In this document: piece after piece, positions 62,288 through 64,000 of the stretch
How positions within the stretch are numbered: position 1 is the first letter of the stretch
Layout: every line of letters begins with the position of its first letter
Origin: Dimorphilus gyrociliatus
Taxonomy: Eukaryota; Animalia; Annelida
NCBI GenBank assembly: GCA_904063045.1
Contig: CAJFCJ010000025.1
Span: 248,001-312,000 of the forward strand
Direction of reading: 5' to 3'
DNA length: 64,000 nucleotides
The notes under the pieces: model-generated
What the model was told of the DNA's origin: nothing
What the model saw: only the letters and a program-made list of their open reading frames with translations
Databases searched by the model: none
Made by a program: the position numbers and the translations under genes

Positions 62288-64000
62288 GTAAGTTATAGAA
62301 TCTCATTGGAAATATTATTTTCACTAATAAATTTTCATTCTAAAGAACATTTAGAGCTCTTTTAACGCTTTTCTTACATAAGGTGTTTTCCAAAAGAATC
62401 CCTCTACAATTTTAAACTGGTTCCGTATTCTGCAACCGTTTAATTATTAAAACTTTCTTAAATTGATCACGAAGCCTAAAGGTTTCAACTTTTAATGGTT
62501 GGTTATAGAGTATGACTAAATAATACGCCAGATATTTGTATTGTACGATTATTACTCAATAGTTAAATTTCGTAAATTATAAATTGTGGAAAAGATACCT
62601 TATGTATCTTCTTTTAACATTTATTATTTCTTTTCGAATAAAAAAGTAAAATTTGTTGAATTCTTTGTGTTCGTGAACTAAGTCTATCAAATATCGAATT
62701 TATACGATATTTAATTTTTACTGTTTTCTTATTGATTAATATTGAAGCACAGCTAGAATTTACGCCGTATATTGATTATTTAGTATTGAAATCAGGTAGT
62801 TTTTAACGATTGGTATAAATATGTATTATGAATTAAAACTCTTATGCGACTATTAACATGAATAGACTGTAGAATTATTATTATTCTTTAAATTATAAAT
62901 ACTAATAAAATAAATAATAATCACTAAATTAAATTCAAGTTTATTTAGACTTTTATCATTTTAAGCATCGACAGAGTAATTTAATTAGAATTAAAATTAA
63001 TATTTTATCGTATACAATCAATATAGATTAGTAGAGAGGGAGAAAAAGTGAAGCTAAGCAATAAAAATAGAAGATATACTACAAAAAAGCTTATATTATT
63101 ATTGTCTTATTACAACATATATATGCATTATGCTATATTTTTAGTTCTCTTTTTAATCTGATATAAGCAACATAGAATATCTTTATTAAATATAATAAGT
63201 TATATAAGAATTCTCTCTAATTGTATATTGAAAGAAGAGACTACAAACAGATTCTAAATAGTTATTTCCTTCTTTTATCTAATATATATATATATATATA
63301 GATATACAGTATATATAGATATATACATATGCCCTGTATATTACAATTTGAAGCTGACATACTTTACACAACTACGATTCACTTTTAAAACTTACGACAG
63401 CCGGAAATTTGCATTCTTCAGTAACGAACATTGATACTTATCTAGGAAATGGTTTCTGCTGTCAAACTCAATATAATAACTTGGTGTGTCATAAAGAAGA
63501 AGGATAGAAAAACTGATCGTTCAATACAGACTTTTACTTATACAGTAATATTTAACACCATGAATACCTTTTTAATTATTATGTATTTATAGAACATATA
63601 ATGTTAGGCTTAATTGGATAAATGCGGATAATTTTTTTTTCTCGTAAGATTAAAATTGACAACAACTTAATACCCTTTTTTACTATGTATAATATAAACT
63701 ATTAGATATATATAATATGCTTTTTAGGCTGCACGTGGCTTAATGCTGTATATACGTATACATACATTAGATTGTTAAAGAAGCTAATTAAAGAAAATCC
63801 AACCAAAATTTTATTCATTAAAACGACAATATATCTTCGTTATATTTTTAACATTTTTATTATTGTTATTGTTATTATTGGAAGAAAATATGAGTTGGAG
63901 ATGATTATATGTTTAATATAAAAATCAAAGAACCAGGCCTATAACCTTGTACAAAAATCTTTAATTGATTTTTATGCAATTAAAGTTAAGATTTCATTAC

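Noticed and set aside
1-64000. rRNA, tRNA, snRNA, CRISPR arrays, intact transposase or reverse transcriptase
   Set aside because: No recognisable signatures by eye; a covariance-model or repeat-library search would be needed to exclude them fully.

Overview
AT-rich eukaryotic (metazoan) genomic DNA with spliceosomal GT-AG introns and many microsatellites. I found no rRNA, tRNA, CRISPR array or intact transposase. The 50-100 nt introns and frequent AGATGGCG (CTCF-like) motifs suggest a compact-genome lophotrochozoan such as the annelid Dimorphilus; this is inference only. The window has two parts. (1) 1-40 kb is gene-poor. It is dominated by a 9-exon, GPI-anchored, 3-Ig lachesin/IgLON-like gene (+, 20392-36695) with multi-kb introns and a long upstream region containing a few unassigned exon-like islands. 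(2) 40-64 kb is denser, with mostly short introns and three minus-strand genes. These are a class-V PLP C-S lyase of the Egt2/LCD/isopenicillin N epimerase type (40831-45490), an unusual Delta-like membrane protein with C2(MNNL) and two DSL-like modules but no EGF repeats (51920-54703), and a very divergent HELZ2-like gene (55407 to at least 60620). A decayed mitochondrial-clan cytochrome P450 copy lies antisense in the last intron of the Delta-like gene. The HELZ2-like gene has an open frame but appears to have lost every catalytic motif of its RNB nuclease and helicase domains. All gene models were spliced by hand using splice-site and codon-phase checks. Family assignments come from remembered motifs, not database searches.
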